64,000 nt of DNA from Octopus bimaculoides (lineage: Eukaryota), in assembly GCF_001194135.2 (NCBI RefSeq), contig NC_068985.1, positions 29,469,415-29,533,414 of the forward strand. Direction: 5' to 3'. A model generated the notes under the pieces. That model had not been told where the DNA came from. It searched no databases and saw only the letters and a list, made by a program, of their open reading frames with translations. Below are positions 14,330 through 27,626 of the stretch, in pieces (the stretch's first letter is position 1; the number at the start of each line of letters is the position of its first letter). The position numbers and the translations under genes were made by a program.

Positions 14330-15301
14330 AAATACCAATGGCCTTATATCCAGCATTTTTCTCATTACATTTGTATTTATCTTACTTTTTTATTGGTGGC
14401 ATCTGCAGGTTTTCTGCCTTTACTACATGTAACACTACTCATGACCAAGCAATGTACGTCTGTTTTCGTAACAAAATACACACACCATAAACATCAATAT
14501 TTTAGCATTTTTCTTAAAACTGATCTAGTTAAGAGGAATAGGGTAGCAACAACATATATCCAGATACTCTGAAGTAATATTCCGAGGTCAGTCCAATCTA
14601 TTTCTTCTCAATATTTATTTTGGTCTCACTCTACCAGGATACAGCAAGAAGCTAATACCCACCCAGTATGCAGTACCCACTGACATTCCTCACATTTCTT
14701 CTTCATTCAATGTCAGAGCAATAACATCATCTATTGAAAGGCAAGAGCCAGCAATGAAACTTAGAAACATTTTACCAGCTCTCCCTTGGATTACTTGTTA
14801 CCCTTGCAGACCAGACCCTTACTAGCTCCCTTGAATTTGGGACTATAACCTCATCATGTTAGAGTTTATGTTAAGCAAAGGCATGGCTGTGTGGTTGAGA
14901 ACTTTGCTTCCCATTTACATGGTTTGGGGTTCCATCTTACAGCACAGCACCTCGAGTAAGTGTCCAACCCCAGGTCAACCAAAGCCTAGTGAATGGATTT
15001 AGTAAGTGGAAACTGAAAGAAGCCCCTATTTAGAACTTTACATGTATTGTTATACATCAAAAGAGAAAACTATGAAAAGAACTCATAATTCAAGTTTCTT
15101 TTCACTGGTCTCCATAGTTTGATCATAGATTACATATAAAGAAAATAAAACTGGAGAATCTCATAAGTGTCTATCAGGTTTCCCTTAAATAACTGACATT
15201 ACTATTAATGAAATATATGCATGATGACATAACTAAATAATGATGAAAATTACAATTTGTAAATCTCTCAACGAAAGATATTCAGCAACAGTACTCTAGA
15301 G

Positions 15302-15540
15302 TAAAGATTATTTGCCAACATAACATGGCAGTCCTGGTTTAGGACAAATGTTGCTGTAATTTAGCCCCAGGAGGCATCGTCTCCAGCTGGCTATATGACA
15401 TGATCTGTGTCCTTTGTTTGAAAATATAAAGACACAGATCATGTTGTATAGCCAACTGGAGATGATGTCTCCTGGGGCTAAATTACAGCAACATTTGTCC
15501 TAAACCAGGACTGCCATGTTATGTTGGCAAATAATCTTTA
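15302..15540. repeat. Fold-back inverted repeat, 110-bp arms, 19-nt loop
   Basis: 15302-15411 vs 15431-15540 aligned by hand: 105/110 identical. Confidence 0.97.
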
Positions 15541-16551
15541 TGACTAAATAACTTATGAACTGATTTTTTTTGTTTTTGTCTTTTGTTTTGTGCATGTATG
15601 TGTGTGTGTGGTTACACTTATGATCCCTTGTCCAAAAGTGTAGTGGGCAGTGTGGTCAGTTTCACTAGTTAGGAAATTGTCAGGGTACTTCCTGTTTTCA
15701 AAGCCGTGTTGAATAAGTGACCCCTACGTGAAAAACAAGTAAGGATTAGCATCAGGAAAGGCATCTGACTGTACAACAATGCCTCAAATAACATATCAAT
15801 CCAACCCAATTGAGCATGGAAAAACAGTTGTAATACAAACAGAACTAATCCGGTTATTTTTCTGCATATGTCAACCAATACTTTTTATACATTCTCAATT
15901 AATTTCTTTATATACATCAGTTTCTTAAAGCTCTATCAACAACACTGAAGTTCCATCACTATGCTTGCATTGATTCAAACAGGTAAATTTAGTTAGCCCT
16001 ATTATAATAGCTGCACACTAGTACATTTAATGTGATTAGTATTGAATCAATGTAACAGAGAACAGGCATCATATTTAGTAGGTATATTTACTGTAGTACC
16101 CACTCCTTTCCTGTAAACTAAACAGCCACTTTCCTATTAATCTCATGCTGTGCTTTTTTAATAGGAACTAATTTTAACTTGCTTTTTTTTTTCGTTCAGC
16201 AATTTTTAGTGCAAAGCCATATATAAATATATATGTGCATGTATGTGTGTTAATGTCAATAATGTACACCTAAATATAAATGAAACAAGTACAAAGAGAC
16301 TTCATATTTTAAACTGTGTGAAATGTACGGGAGACAAGGAAAGTGCAAGACAGAAAAGGAGAAAGAGAGTGCGTGCGTGCGTGCGTGCGTGTGTGTGGAC
16401 ACATTCATGCGCACATGAGTCTTTTCAAAGGTGATATCTTAAATAGCTTGGGAGTAGCTTCANNNNNNNNNNNNNNNNNNNNNNNNNNNNNNNNNNNNNN
16501 NNNNNNNNNNNNNNNNNNNNNNNNNNNNNNNNNNNNNNNNNNNNNNNNNNG

Positions 16552-16583
<32 letters not shown>

Positions 16584-17340
16584 TGTGTGTGGACACATTC
16601 ATGCGCACATGAGTCTTTTCAAAGGTGATATCTTAAATAGCTTGGGAGTAGCTTCATACATTATTAACAAGCTTCAATTCTACGATTCTGTTATTTGCAG
16701 CTTGCATGATGCAAGTTAAGGGCTGTTATAGAAATACCCTGGGTGTAGTATATACATTTTATAATCTTAACAACACAGTACTAGTATGGAACCAACACTG
16801 GCATAAAGTTTTGAAGGGGGATGTAATTTGCTAATATTTTAAAAAATGGGTTGTGATTTTATTTGAAAGATTTTGAGATGTTACACATTAAGGTCTGAAC
16901 AGTGGTTTCGTGAAGGAGGAATAAAATGAAAATGTGAATGAGACACGGGCGATTGGATAAGGTTGATGAAGATATGACTAAGATAATAGGATGAATGAAA
17001 GTGGAATAAGAAAGTGATTATGTTGTAGTCATTTGATCGATTCATCCACAAGAGATAACAGTAATGGTTTACACAAATGAGAAAAAGTACACTAAGCATA
17101 TACAAGGAAAAGGTAGCCAAGGCAGTAAGTAGTTCAAAGGAGTCATTGGCTCAAATTATCAGATTACATATTAGAAATTTAGAACTTATAGTTGATATGA
17201 CAGAAGAGGGTAATGCATTTCTAACCTATAAAAGATAGAAGAAAGAGAATTTAACTGGTGATACTAATAACAATATAGGAGGCAGTAGTAAAACAGAAAC
17301 AGCTTTAAGTGTTTTAATACATACATATACATACTCTCAA

Positions 17341-17460
17341 ATACACATGCATACACATGTGTACACATATGTATGTGTGTGTGCATGTGTATGTACACAT
17401 ATGTATGCGTGTGTGCATGTGTATGTACACATGTATGCATGTGTGCATGTGTATGTAAAT
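17341..17460. repeat. ~30-nt minisatellite built from TG/TA units
   Basis: TGTATGTACACATATGTATGYGTGTGTGCA repeated about three times. Confidence 0.8.
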
Positions 17461-18600
17461 AGGGTGGTGTGATGCTTTCTGTGCAATAGGTCTACAACTG
17501 TTTTACTTACAGCTCACAGCTTCAGGTTAGCTTAAGTGGTGAACCAGGAAGCAGCCAAGTATGAGAGTCTTCACTACCAACATACAGCTCTCTTTTACCA
17601 AGACTCCTACCAAGCCTCTCTGCAGCTGTGTGGTAACTAAGTGCTTTGCAGTACCATGTTAAATTGACAAGGATTTCAGAGCAACAGTGAGCCCCAGAAA
17701 TACACTGTACAGGCCCACCTTGGTGGATGTGTTCTATTACTTATCAAACACTGTCTTGCTGCCTTGCGAGTGAAGCCATGAAGTGCAGGAAGATACTATA
17801 GTCTAAGAGAAACACAAGATGTGGTTGTCAGTTTTTCTGACAGAGTAGATTTCAGACAACCTCCTGCAACTGGTAAGAGGTCTTAAATCTACCCTTACCA
17901 CAACAATCTCTTTTTTTGCAGTGAAGAAAGTTACACAAGGAAATATACAACCCCCTATACCAGGTGTCTTACATAGGTGTTTTTGTCTTCTGCAATGTAG
18001 ATACAACATCATGGATCCCTAAACAGTCTGACAGTGATGGAAATCACTGTCAGACTGATCACAACAACAGAAGCAAGCCTGAATGTGTAGGGTGCTTCTA
18101 GTTAGAACATAACATATCAACAACATAATGACAGCTTTCCCGAGTATCTCTCTCAAAATGTGACTTAGCATTCCTATTTAGGGAGTGTATTACTCACCCC
18201 AGCCAAGGAAGGGCCAAGAAAGAGTGGCCTAGAAATTGCTCACTCAACTCTGTTCCTGGACAGGAAGGAAACAGTGCATCTCAGTACATTCCACATAGTA
18301 GTAAAAAAAAGACTGCACAAAAAATACCACTCTGAGATGGCATAGGCCATGTAGCGCATATTTTTAACTTGTGTCCTCTTTGATGGAGTCTTTATGACCA
18401 GTTACTCCATGGCCAATGCCTCATTTAAGGATCAAAAAAGCAATTCAAAAACCCAGTTGATGACCATTCTGGAAAGGAGCAACATAGCACTACAAACCAA
18501 CAAATTACTTGCCAATTCCATAGTATTGTCTCTGCACACAGCTGAATTAAATCATAAACTATCAAAACTACTAATGAAGTCTGTGCATGGTTGCTAAACT
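17460..18600 (+). mobile_element. Old decayed RTE-like LINE remnant
   Basis: LRW.GHVAHI and KTQLMTILERSNIA near 18330-18490 match an RTE C-terminus. The upstream extent is inferred from raised GC only. Confidence 0.55.
18024..18057. repeat. Perfect 15-bp hairpin with a GGAA loop
   Basis: CAGTCTGACAGTGAT-GGAA-ATCACTGTCAGACTG. Confidence 0.95.
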
Positions 18601-21140
18601 GTAAGAAATAGTGGTCAAATCTTCCTCAAATCCCACTTTACAGTTTAAAAAAAACAAAGAAGCACATTGGTAATGTAGTTCTAGGCAGAGAACTAGGTAA
18701 AAATCAGGACAGTCACAAAAACATTACTTAAAATCATAGTGTTAAATCTGACTGATCAGGGCTGACCTGGTTTGAAGAAAAATCCTGTAATTATATACTT
18801 AGAGCTAGGTGAACTCAAACATTAAGAGTTAAGTGTCTTGGCTACAGATATAACACAATGCTACTTAAAAGTATGAACTGTCAACTAAGGCTGATTGTCT
18901 ACTGCTCAAATTTGCCACCTGTTTCCATTTAGTCTTTCAAGACAGGAATCCAATGTCAAGGTTAAAAATGTATTTTATTACATTTCAGGTTAAAATTGTA
19001 ATAATCATGATTATACATTTTTTTTTCTAAATTCAACACTTCTGTATGAATTACCATCAATATAAAAGCAAACATTGTAATAATGAAAGTTATGCAAGTC
19101 ATCTATATACATCTATATCTATATGGTTAAACAAAAAATATTTTAAATTTGGTAGGTCATATGGAAACAGCTGAGAGAGTGCATTAGTTACACTAAAAAT
19201 AGACTCAGGAGTGATCAATAATGGAAATGGCCATATACAAAATATAATGGATAAAATAGCATTACAATTGTGAGTGTATTCTGCTATATACATTATAAAG
19301 ATATGCACGTTACAATATTAGCTTAAAATAGAAAAAAGACCAAATACAAAAATCTAACGAAAGAGAGTTAAAGATGGAAGAAAAAAAACAAAAGCTGTTC
19401 TGAATAGCTGACAACCGACATTAATATGAAAAATAAATTCAAAACCTGCAAAACTACTGTTAACTATCTGAAGACAGCTAAGCCCATCAAGATATGACCT
19501 AAGCACTAATACCACAATATCCGGAACAACCACACTTTAGAATCATATAACAAAATGCAAAATGTACAGTATAATGATAATTTGTTTGCTGGAGCTATAG
19601 CTTCCTTCTAAACATTAAATTATTAACATATTTGAATTAGATGTACTTAAACAGAGCTGACTGGAGATACTAAGCAACAACTGCCACTATCATCTTTTTG
19701 ATGATATGATGATAATGACAGTTGAGGGATATAAGTGTACAAGTATTTTATAATACACTTTGATTAGATGTGTCATGTTTTCATTAAAAGTAAAATGAAA
19801 ACAGATTACTTGTGATATATTCAACTGAGTACCTTTCTCAAATAATGATCTACAAAAATATGATAAAATTACTTTCTGCATTTCTTTTTAAAAACACTGA
19901 ATTTTTTGCGTGTTAACTCAGCAAATATAAAGATAGGTATCTCACAATGTTAAAATATTAAATAGTTCAGTACATTAAAAATTAAATTTCACATCAGCAT
20001 TTTTGTGTAAGTATGCATATATATATATATATATATATATATTCTACACACACACACACATACATACATATACAAAAATTGTGTGGATGCATATAAAATC
20101 TGATATGTAAATATATATGCCTAAAAGTTTACATATGTACATAAAATATTTCATAAGATTTTATACACACACACAGTTTATATGGATGTATGTAGGTGAA
20201 AGCAATGGCTTGCAGTAATGGATCTAAGTTGCATTCTGTAGCATCTACTTCTTCAGACAGATCAGAAGTAACTTTACATTATAAGAATATGCTCATGCCT
20301 GAAGATGTTTTATTGTTAATTGTTTGGAGAGGTATTTTGAATACAATATATTTTCAAAGAAACCTTTACAAATCAATTTGTTCTCAATGAATATATTTCT
20401 AAGTACCATTCAAGAACAAATCACTTCCTTGAACATACTGCTAGAGCTAAATTTTATGCTTTATACATCAGCAAAAGAAACCAACTTGAGTTTGTTTTTT
20501 TTTTGTCTTTTTTTAAATTTATATTCAGGAATTTTATTTCTTCAGTATAAGTAGTATATAACTAAAAATATGCTAATAAAGTAGTAGAAATGATTGAGCA
20601 CTCAACAAAATGTCTTGCAGTATTTAGGTGTATGTCTTTATATTCTGACTTCAATTCCCAATAGAGTTACTTAGCTTTACCTTTTCTCTCCATGATCAAT
20701 GACAGGTATATATGAAAGGATTCAATTGACAGTATCCATTCTTTGCACGTTTGCAGCCTTGTTCAAATACATGAAATCAATATTACAGAGAGTATTAAAC
20801 TAATACCAAATCCTTTAAATAAATAAAATAGTTTTGCACAGTAAAACAGCCGACAGATGAAGTTTAGCAATATAACATATGAATATAAACTTTCAGTTCC
20901 TTAACTGTGTTAAATATAGTGGCCCACATCAATCAATAGAATACCTGCATGACATTTGGGCCACTGTTCAAAAAGAGAAATGTAATTTATGGATGGGAAC
21001 AACAAAAAGGAACTAGAACTGATGTTAACAACTGATGGTAACAACAAAAATGAAACCATGTTCACTTTTTTGAACCCCAGAAAATCTTTCATTTTAGATA
21101 AAAGTTCTAGATAAAATTTTGCATCAAGATATGCATATAC

Positions 21141-21341
21141 CTGCTTCTTAACCACAAGGTTCTGGGTTCAGTCCCAATGTGTGGCACCTTGAGCAAATAT
21201 CTTCTTCTATAGCCTCAGGCCAACCAAAGCCTTGTGAGTGGATTTGGTAGACAGAAATTGAAAGAAGCCTTGTCATATGTATATACACACTCATATGTAT
21301 GTATGTATATATATATGTATTTATATGTGTGTATCTATGTA

Positions 21342-21396
<55 letters not shown>

Positions 21397-21620
21397 ATGT
21401 TTGTGTGTCTTTATGTCTGTGTTTGTCCCCCCATCACCACTTGACAACCGATGCTGGCATGTTTACATCCCCATAATTTAATTGTTTGGCAAAAGATCAA
21501 TAGAATAAGTACTAGGCTTTAAAAAAAATAAGTCCTGGGGTCGATTTGTTTGACTAAAACCCCTTCAAGGCGGTGCTCCAGCATGACCGCAGTCAAATTA
21601 CTGAAACAAATAAAAGAATA
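21141..21620 (+). mobile_element. tRNA-derived SINE family A (internal TA microsatellite), 5'-truncated
   Basis: GGTTCAGTCCC B-box-like head, shared body GGCACCTTG.GCAA...GAAACTGAAAGAAGCC and 3' end CAGTCAAATGACTGAAACAAGTAAAAGA seen in several copies. Confidence 0.88.
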
Positions 21621-22327
21621 CTCAAGTATTAAAATTACATGTTTATATACCACTTGAACAATAACTTCTTAATGAAATATGGAATATCATGTTATATGAT
21701 TCCTAAATCTGATAAAATTCTACCTTACAACAGGGGTCTATCTATGAAAATACAAAGATTTTATGGAAAATATAACAGCAAGACGTTACTCAAAAGTATA
21801 ATTACACCCCACAAATACCTCACCAGATTAGACCCTACTTAAACCATGAATAAAGAGTTGCTATTATAACATAAATATGTTTATGGAAGAGATGAAAAAG
21901 GAAAATAGCTTTATGCTATTCAAGCTGAGAATAGAAAGTTATTAGAAAGATATGCTCATAAGAATGTATTAGGTATGAGGAAGATTGTTCCATTCTGCTG
22001 AATCAGCAGGAATATTTTTGTTTTTCTTCAGGAGGTAGTGCCCATAACTTTTTTGGGAGCTTCTGAAATTGGCAGCAGCAGCGACGACAATAACAACAAC
22101 AATAAATAATAAATGCCCTGATGCAGTACCAGACAGTAGCTCTCATGGCTTCTGATCTTAACTAACTGGAAGTGTTATTATGTACATTGTTTTGTCTTGG
22201 TATAAAAGATGGTTACAACAAATATTCTGCTCAATACCACAGATCTGCTTGTCAATTGTTTGACCTTAACCAGTTGAGCATGTCCTTTGATGGCTGATGA
22301 TATGTGCATCTCTGAGCATCCGACCCC

Positions 22328-22385
<58 letters not shown>

Positions 22386-22454
22386 CACGTGTATAAGAGA
22401 TGACCACTAGGTGGACATCCAATATGTTAGAAAGTGGTCATCAATGACCCAACT

Positions 22455-22670
22455 GCTCAGAGAGCGTTGCCACTAGAATAAGAATAGCCTGGGCAAAGTT
22501 CAGAAAGCTCCTGCCTCTACTGGTGACAAAGGGTCTCTCGCTCATTGTGAAAGGTAGATTGTACGATGCATGTGTACGAATTGCCATGCTTCACAGCAGT
22601 GAAACATGGGCCGTGACTGCTGAAGACATGCATAGGCTCAAAAGAAATGAAGCTAGTATGATCCAGCATA
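22455..22670 (+). mobile_element. RTE LINE RT C-terminal fragment
   Basis: CSESVATRIRIAWAKFRKLLPLLVTKGLSLIVKGRLYDACVRIAMLHSSETW. Confidence 0.88.
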
Positions 22671-23432
22671 TTGGATGTCCACCTAGTGGTAATCTTTTAT
22701 ACACGTGTAATACAATTTTTTCTGAATTTTCAGATTTTTTTATATGCTAGGCACTTGGTTTTAAATTGAATTAATATTCAATTTATCACCCTATCTATAT
22801 AAATAATATATATATATAGCATCATCATCAGCATTGTTTTTGTTGTTATCATCATCATTTAACATCCATTTTCCATGCTGGCATGTATGTGTGTATTATT
22901 GTCTCCTTGCCTTGAGATCACATGATAGTAGTAAACAGATGCCAACAACATGCAAATGACGACCTTCATTTCCATTCTTCTATGAAAACTTATTTGGTCA
23001 AGGGGAATATTAACTTACTAGGAAAAAGGTGAGGGTTGGTAAAGGAAGGGCATTGAGCTGTAGAAAATCTACCTTGACAAATTCTGTTTGACCCATGCAA
23101 GCAAAGCATGAAAAATAATGGTGATGTTGATATATACTGCTCTAAGTTCCATTATGAAAAGGATTCATTTCACAAGGTGTTACATTTAACCTGTTAACAC
23201 AGTAATTATATCACCGGTATGCAAAGAGCTGTTTCTATTTGTCAACTCTTGAACAAAGATATTTTTTGTAATTCCTTCATGTTTTCAAGATTTTTATCAG
23301 AAACTGACAAAGAACTTCCTCTAAAAGATTTTAATGATAAGATTCTTAGAACAGATTAATCTACTAAATCCTAGTATTGCTGCTACTTACTGACTCCCAA
23401 AATCTAAAAACTTAAAAACCACCACAACTCAG

Positions 23433-23464
<32 letters not shown>

Positions 23465-24434
23465 CATCATCATCATCAATTTTGTTGTATGAACACTATT
23501 GATTTTAATAAGTGCAAAAGTAATAAATATAAAATAAAACCACATCTTGGTACAGAATTCTGTAGTAGGAGATGAAACATTATCATAAAGAAATGCTATA
23601 AATCATAGTTTTTGGTGTTGTTCATGATGTTTCTAGGTGCTCAAGTATATCTTATGTTTTTGACAAATTTGATTTAACTCCATGCTGACAAAAGATCAAT
23701 ATGGTAATTTCTTTTTTCACTTGGTAAGGAGAAGGCATTCTTTGATATGTGTTATCTACCATCTGTCACCTGGAATACTAAATATCTAAATGTATTCAGC
23801 GTAATAAAAATTTTGTTCCCATGCCAAACTTGGTGCATTCACTGGTTATAAATCCTGATATTGATATATACTAAAAGTACCCAATCGACAACATCTTTTT
23901 CTTCCTCTATTTTTTTTTTTTTTATCATTGAAAATGATCTGCAGATAACGCTCTAAAAGTGCTCAGCTCAACAATTCAGAATGTAATGTCAGCATTTAAT
24001 AAAAATGATTAGGAAGGGCATCCAGCTGTAGAAACTCTGCCAAATCAGATTGGAGCCTGGTGTAGCCATCTGGTTTGCCAGTCCTCAGTCAAATCGTCCA
24101 ACCCATGCTAGCATGGAAAGCAGACGTTAAACGATGATGATGGTAATGATGAGCAATATATATAATGTGAGAATAAAGAGCAATGGTTCACCAGTCCTCA
24201 GTCAAATCGTCCAACCCATGCTAGCATGGAAAGCGGATGTTAAACGATGATGATGATGATCTCAAAGGCTGATCAACATACAGTTACTTCAAAACATAAA
24301 AATGTTTGTAATATTAGATACATATTCTTGAGCTTTTTGTTAAACCACTCATCCCACATTTTCCGTAGTTTTGTAGGATAGATAATTTGTTTTGTTGTTA
24401 AGTTACTCATGTTTGTTGACTAAGTTCATGAAAG

Positions 24435-24811
24435 GTGGGCAACAATGGTTGCTCACCAAAAGTTGTGGGCGAGGAGGAGGACCTTCTGGCTAAGGTGGAA
24501 GGGCGTCCTATTCCAGTGGCCTCCAAAAAAAAGAAGAAAAAGAAGAACGGATCACGGCCTGAGCCCGGTAGTGCACCGCCGGCGTGTCCCGAAGCTCCGT
24601 TGGTGGGAATTGTGCCACGAACGGAGGAAGGCCTGTCGGTGGGAATTGTGCCGTCGACAGTAGAAACTGAAGGCTCAACCTATGAGGAGGAGGAATTTGT
24701 AGTCCTCTTCCACAAGGGAGGGTCCGTTGAAAATGTTGTAAAAAAGTTTGCCAGGAAGGGTCGGACGAGAGGGATCCTAACCTGTACCAAGGACCCTAGG
24801 TGGCCTCCACA
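24435..24811 (+). mobile_element. GC/CpG-rich uninterrupted ORF fragment, probably ORF1 of a young non-LTR retrotransposon, truncated by the gap
   Basis: About 125 open codons with a poly-K stretch, a Pro/Glu-rich linker and EEFVVLFHKGGSVENVVKKFARKG. No in-frame ATG and no clear splice sites. The family call is inference. Confidence 0.5.
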
Positions 24812-25690
24812 NNNNNNNNNNNNNNNNNNNNNNNNNNNNNNNNNNNNNNNNNNNNNNNNNNNNNNNNNNNNNNNNNNNNNNNNNNNNNNNNNNNNNNNNN
24901 NNNNNNNNNNNNNNNNNNNNNNNNNNNNNNNNNNNNNNNNNNNNNNNNNNNNNNNNNNNNNNNNNNNNNNNNNNNNNNNNNNNNNNNNNNNNNNNNNNNN
25001 NNNNNNNNNNNNNNNNNNNNNNNNNNNNNNNNNNNNNNNNNNNNNNNNNNNNNNNNNNNNNNNNNNNNNNNNNNNNNNNNNNNNNNNNNNNNNNNNNNNN
25101 NNNNNNNNNNNNNNNNNNNNNNNNNNNNNNNNNNNNNNNNNNNNNNNNNNNNNNNNNNNNNNNNNNNNNNNNNNNNNNNNNNNNNNNNNNNNNNNNNNNN
25201 NNNNNNNNNNNNNNNNNNNNNNNNNNNNNNNNNNNNNNNNNNNNNNNNNNNNNNNNNNNNNNNNNNNNNNNNNNNNNNNNNNNNNNNNNNNNNNNNNNNN
25301 NNNNNNNNNNNNNNNNNNNNNNNNNNNNNNNNNNNNNNNNNNNNNNNNNNNNNNNNNNNNNNNNNNNNNNNNNNNNNNNNNNNNNNNNNNNNNNNNNNNN
25401 NNNNNNNNNNNNNNNNNNNNNNNNNNNNNNNNNNNNNNNNNNNNNNNNNNNNNNNNNNNNNNNNNNNNNNNNNNNNNNNNNNNNNNNNNNNNNNNNNNNN
25501 NNNNNNNNNNNNNNNNNNNNNNNNNNNNNNNNNNNNNNNNNNNNNNNNNNNNNNNNNNNNNNNNNNNNNNNNNNNNNNNNNNNNNNNNNNNNNNNNNNNN
25601 NNNNNNNNNNNNNNNNNNNNNNNNNNNNNNNNNNNNNNNNNNNNNNNNNNNNNNNNNNNNNNNNNNNNNNNNNNNNNNNNNNNNNNNNNN
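24812..25690. other. Assembly gap (879 N); other gaps at 13952-13961, 16463-16550 and 29332-29541
   Basis: Runs of N. Confidence 1.
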
Positions 25691-25913
25691 GTGTGTGTTT
25701 GTGTGTCTGTGTTTGTCCCCCCAGCATCGTTTGACAACCGATGCTGGTATATTTACCGATGCTGGTAACTTAGCAGTTCGGCAAAAGAGGCCGATAGAAT
25801 AAGTACTAGGCTTACAAAGAATGATAAGTCCTGGGGTCGATTTGCTCAACTAAAAGTGGTGCTCCAGCATGGCCACAGTCAAATGATTGAAACAAGTAAA
25901 AGAGTAAAAGAAT
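25691..25913 (+). mobile_element. SINE family A, 3' half after the gap
   Basis: High similarity to the 3' half of the other copies. Confidence 0.88.
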
Positions 25914-26410
25914 AGTAATAATAATGATTTCTAACTTTATCACAATCAAAAATTGGTAAAAACTTGGTTAAAACTTCAATGTATTACAAGCAATTATTTT
26001 ATTGATTCCAAAGTGACTAAAGCAAAGTTGATAACTTTACAATTTGAATTTTGAGAGGCAAAAACTAATCATTGAAAGGTTATTTAACCCAAACTATTTC
26101 TGCCATTTAAACACTATCCTATACAGATAAAAATACTAATAATCAATTTCTATATAGGCATAAATCTACAAATTTTGGAAGAGAGTAAAATCAAAACCAT
26201 TGCCTCCAGTACTTGACTGGATATATTTTATATCCATATACAAAGGAACAAAAGCAAGGTTTACTACAGCAGAATCTGAACTCAAAACATAAAGGGATAC
26301 TGACAAATAGTGCAAAGCATACAATCCAATGCTCTACCAATTTTAACATGCTACTGCTCTTATATAATAATAATAATAATAATAATAATATTGTAGTTGT
26401 TGTTGTTGTT

Positions 26411-26850
26411 AAGGAAGTAACCGGGCAGATTCGTTAGCACACTGGACAAGATGCTTAGCAGCATTCTAAGTTCAGATTCTGTCAAGACTGATTCTACCAT
26501 TCATCCTTTCAGGGTTGATAAAATAAAGTACCAATGAAGTGCTGGAGTTGATGTAACTGACTAGCCCCTTCCCCCAAATTTTCAGGCCTTGTGCCTATAG
26601 CAGAAATAATAATTATTAATATTATTTTTATCATTATTAAGGTGGTGTGCATGCAGAATCATTAGCACGCCAGACAAAAATGTTGAGCAGCATTTCTTCC
26701 AGCTCATTAGATTAGGGGTTCAAATTCCACTAAGGTCAACTTTGCCTTTCATCCTTTTAGGGTTGATGAAATAAGTACCAGTTGAACACTGAGGTCAACA
26801 TATTTGACTAGTCCCTTCCACCAAAATTTTATGCCTTGAGCCTATAAAAA
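26411..26850 (+). mobile_element. Two head-to-tail tRNA-derived SINEs (family C)
   Basis: GGCAGAATCGTTAGCAC head, GAGTTCAAATTCC B-box-like motif and central GGTCAACTTTGCCTTTCATCCTTT.GGGGTTGATAAAATAAGTACCAG (resembles the MetaSINE domain as recalled). Confidence 0.85.
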
Positions 26851-27145
26851 AAATAATAAAAAGGATTATTACTATTGTTGCTTCCCCTTCCTAACTCCTC
26901 TGCCTCCATTACTCCCATCCCAATACTGTTCACTCTGTTTTCTTCCTCTTTTACCATACTCTTACTATCAGTTCCATCTATCATGAAGCTCTCTTTCATT
27001 TAACAAGCTGCAAGGCAATCCAAATAGTGCAGGTGCGACAAAAACTCTGCAGGTCATTAATAAGACTGCGTAACAAAACATCTTTTCTTTTCTTTTCTTT
27101 CTTTTTTGTCATTGGTCAATAAGTGTTATTTCCTATTTGTTACTA

Positions 27146-27304
27146 TAGGTGCAGGAGTGGCTGTGTGGGAAGAAACTTGCTTCTCAACCACACGGTTCGG
27201 GGTTTAGTCCCACTGCGTGGCACCTTGGGCAAGTGTCTTCTATTTTAGTCTCAGGCTGACCAAAGCCTTCTGAGTGAATTTGGTAGACAGAAACTGAAAG
27301 AAGT

Positions 27305-27369
<65 letters not shown>

Positions 27370-27582
27370 GTGTCTGTCTGTTTTTGTCCACCCCACCATC
27401 AGTTGACAACGGATGCTGTGTGTTTATGTCCCCATAACTTAGCAGTTCAGCAAAAGAGACTGATAGGATAAGTACTAGGCTTGTAAAGAATAAGTCCTGG
27501 GGTTGATTTGTTCGACTAAAGGCGGTGCTCTAGCATGGCCTCAGTCAAATGACTGAAACAAGTAAGAGAATAAAAAAGAATA
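27146..27582 (+). mobile_element. SINE family A, full length
   Basis: Head GCAGGAGTGGCTGTGTGG, body, (TA)n and 3' tail. Confidence 0.9.
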
Positions 27583-27626
27583 TATATATTCTTTTAAGTT
27601 TTTTTTAATTATCTAGTAATCGAAGG

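Noticed and set aside
16371-16655. Exact ~80-nt direct repeat on both sides of the 88-N gap
   Set aside because: Identical sequence flanking a gap next to a (GTGC)n tract is the typical signature of unmerged overlapping contig ends.
18198-18255. 58-nt exon candidate with good splice signals (TELSEQFLGHSFLALPWL)
   Set aside because: It lies antisense within a decayed RTE remnant, so the signals are probably chance.
24680-25849. Long ORFs of 300-455 aa in the track
   Set aside because: Their length comes from translating N runs; the same applies at 29267-29625.
27146-27230. tRNA-like A/B-box heads
   Set aside because: They are SINE heads without a complete cloverleaf; I found no true tRNA, rRNA or CRISPR array.
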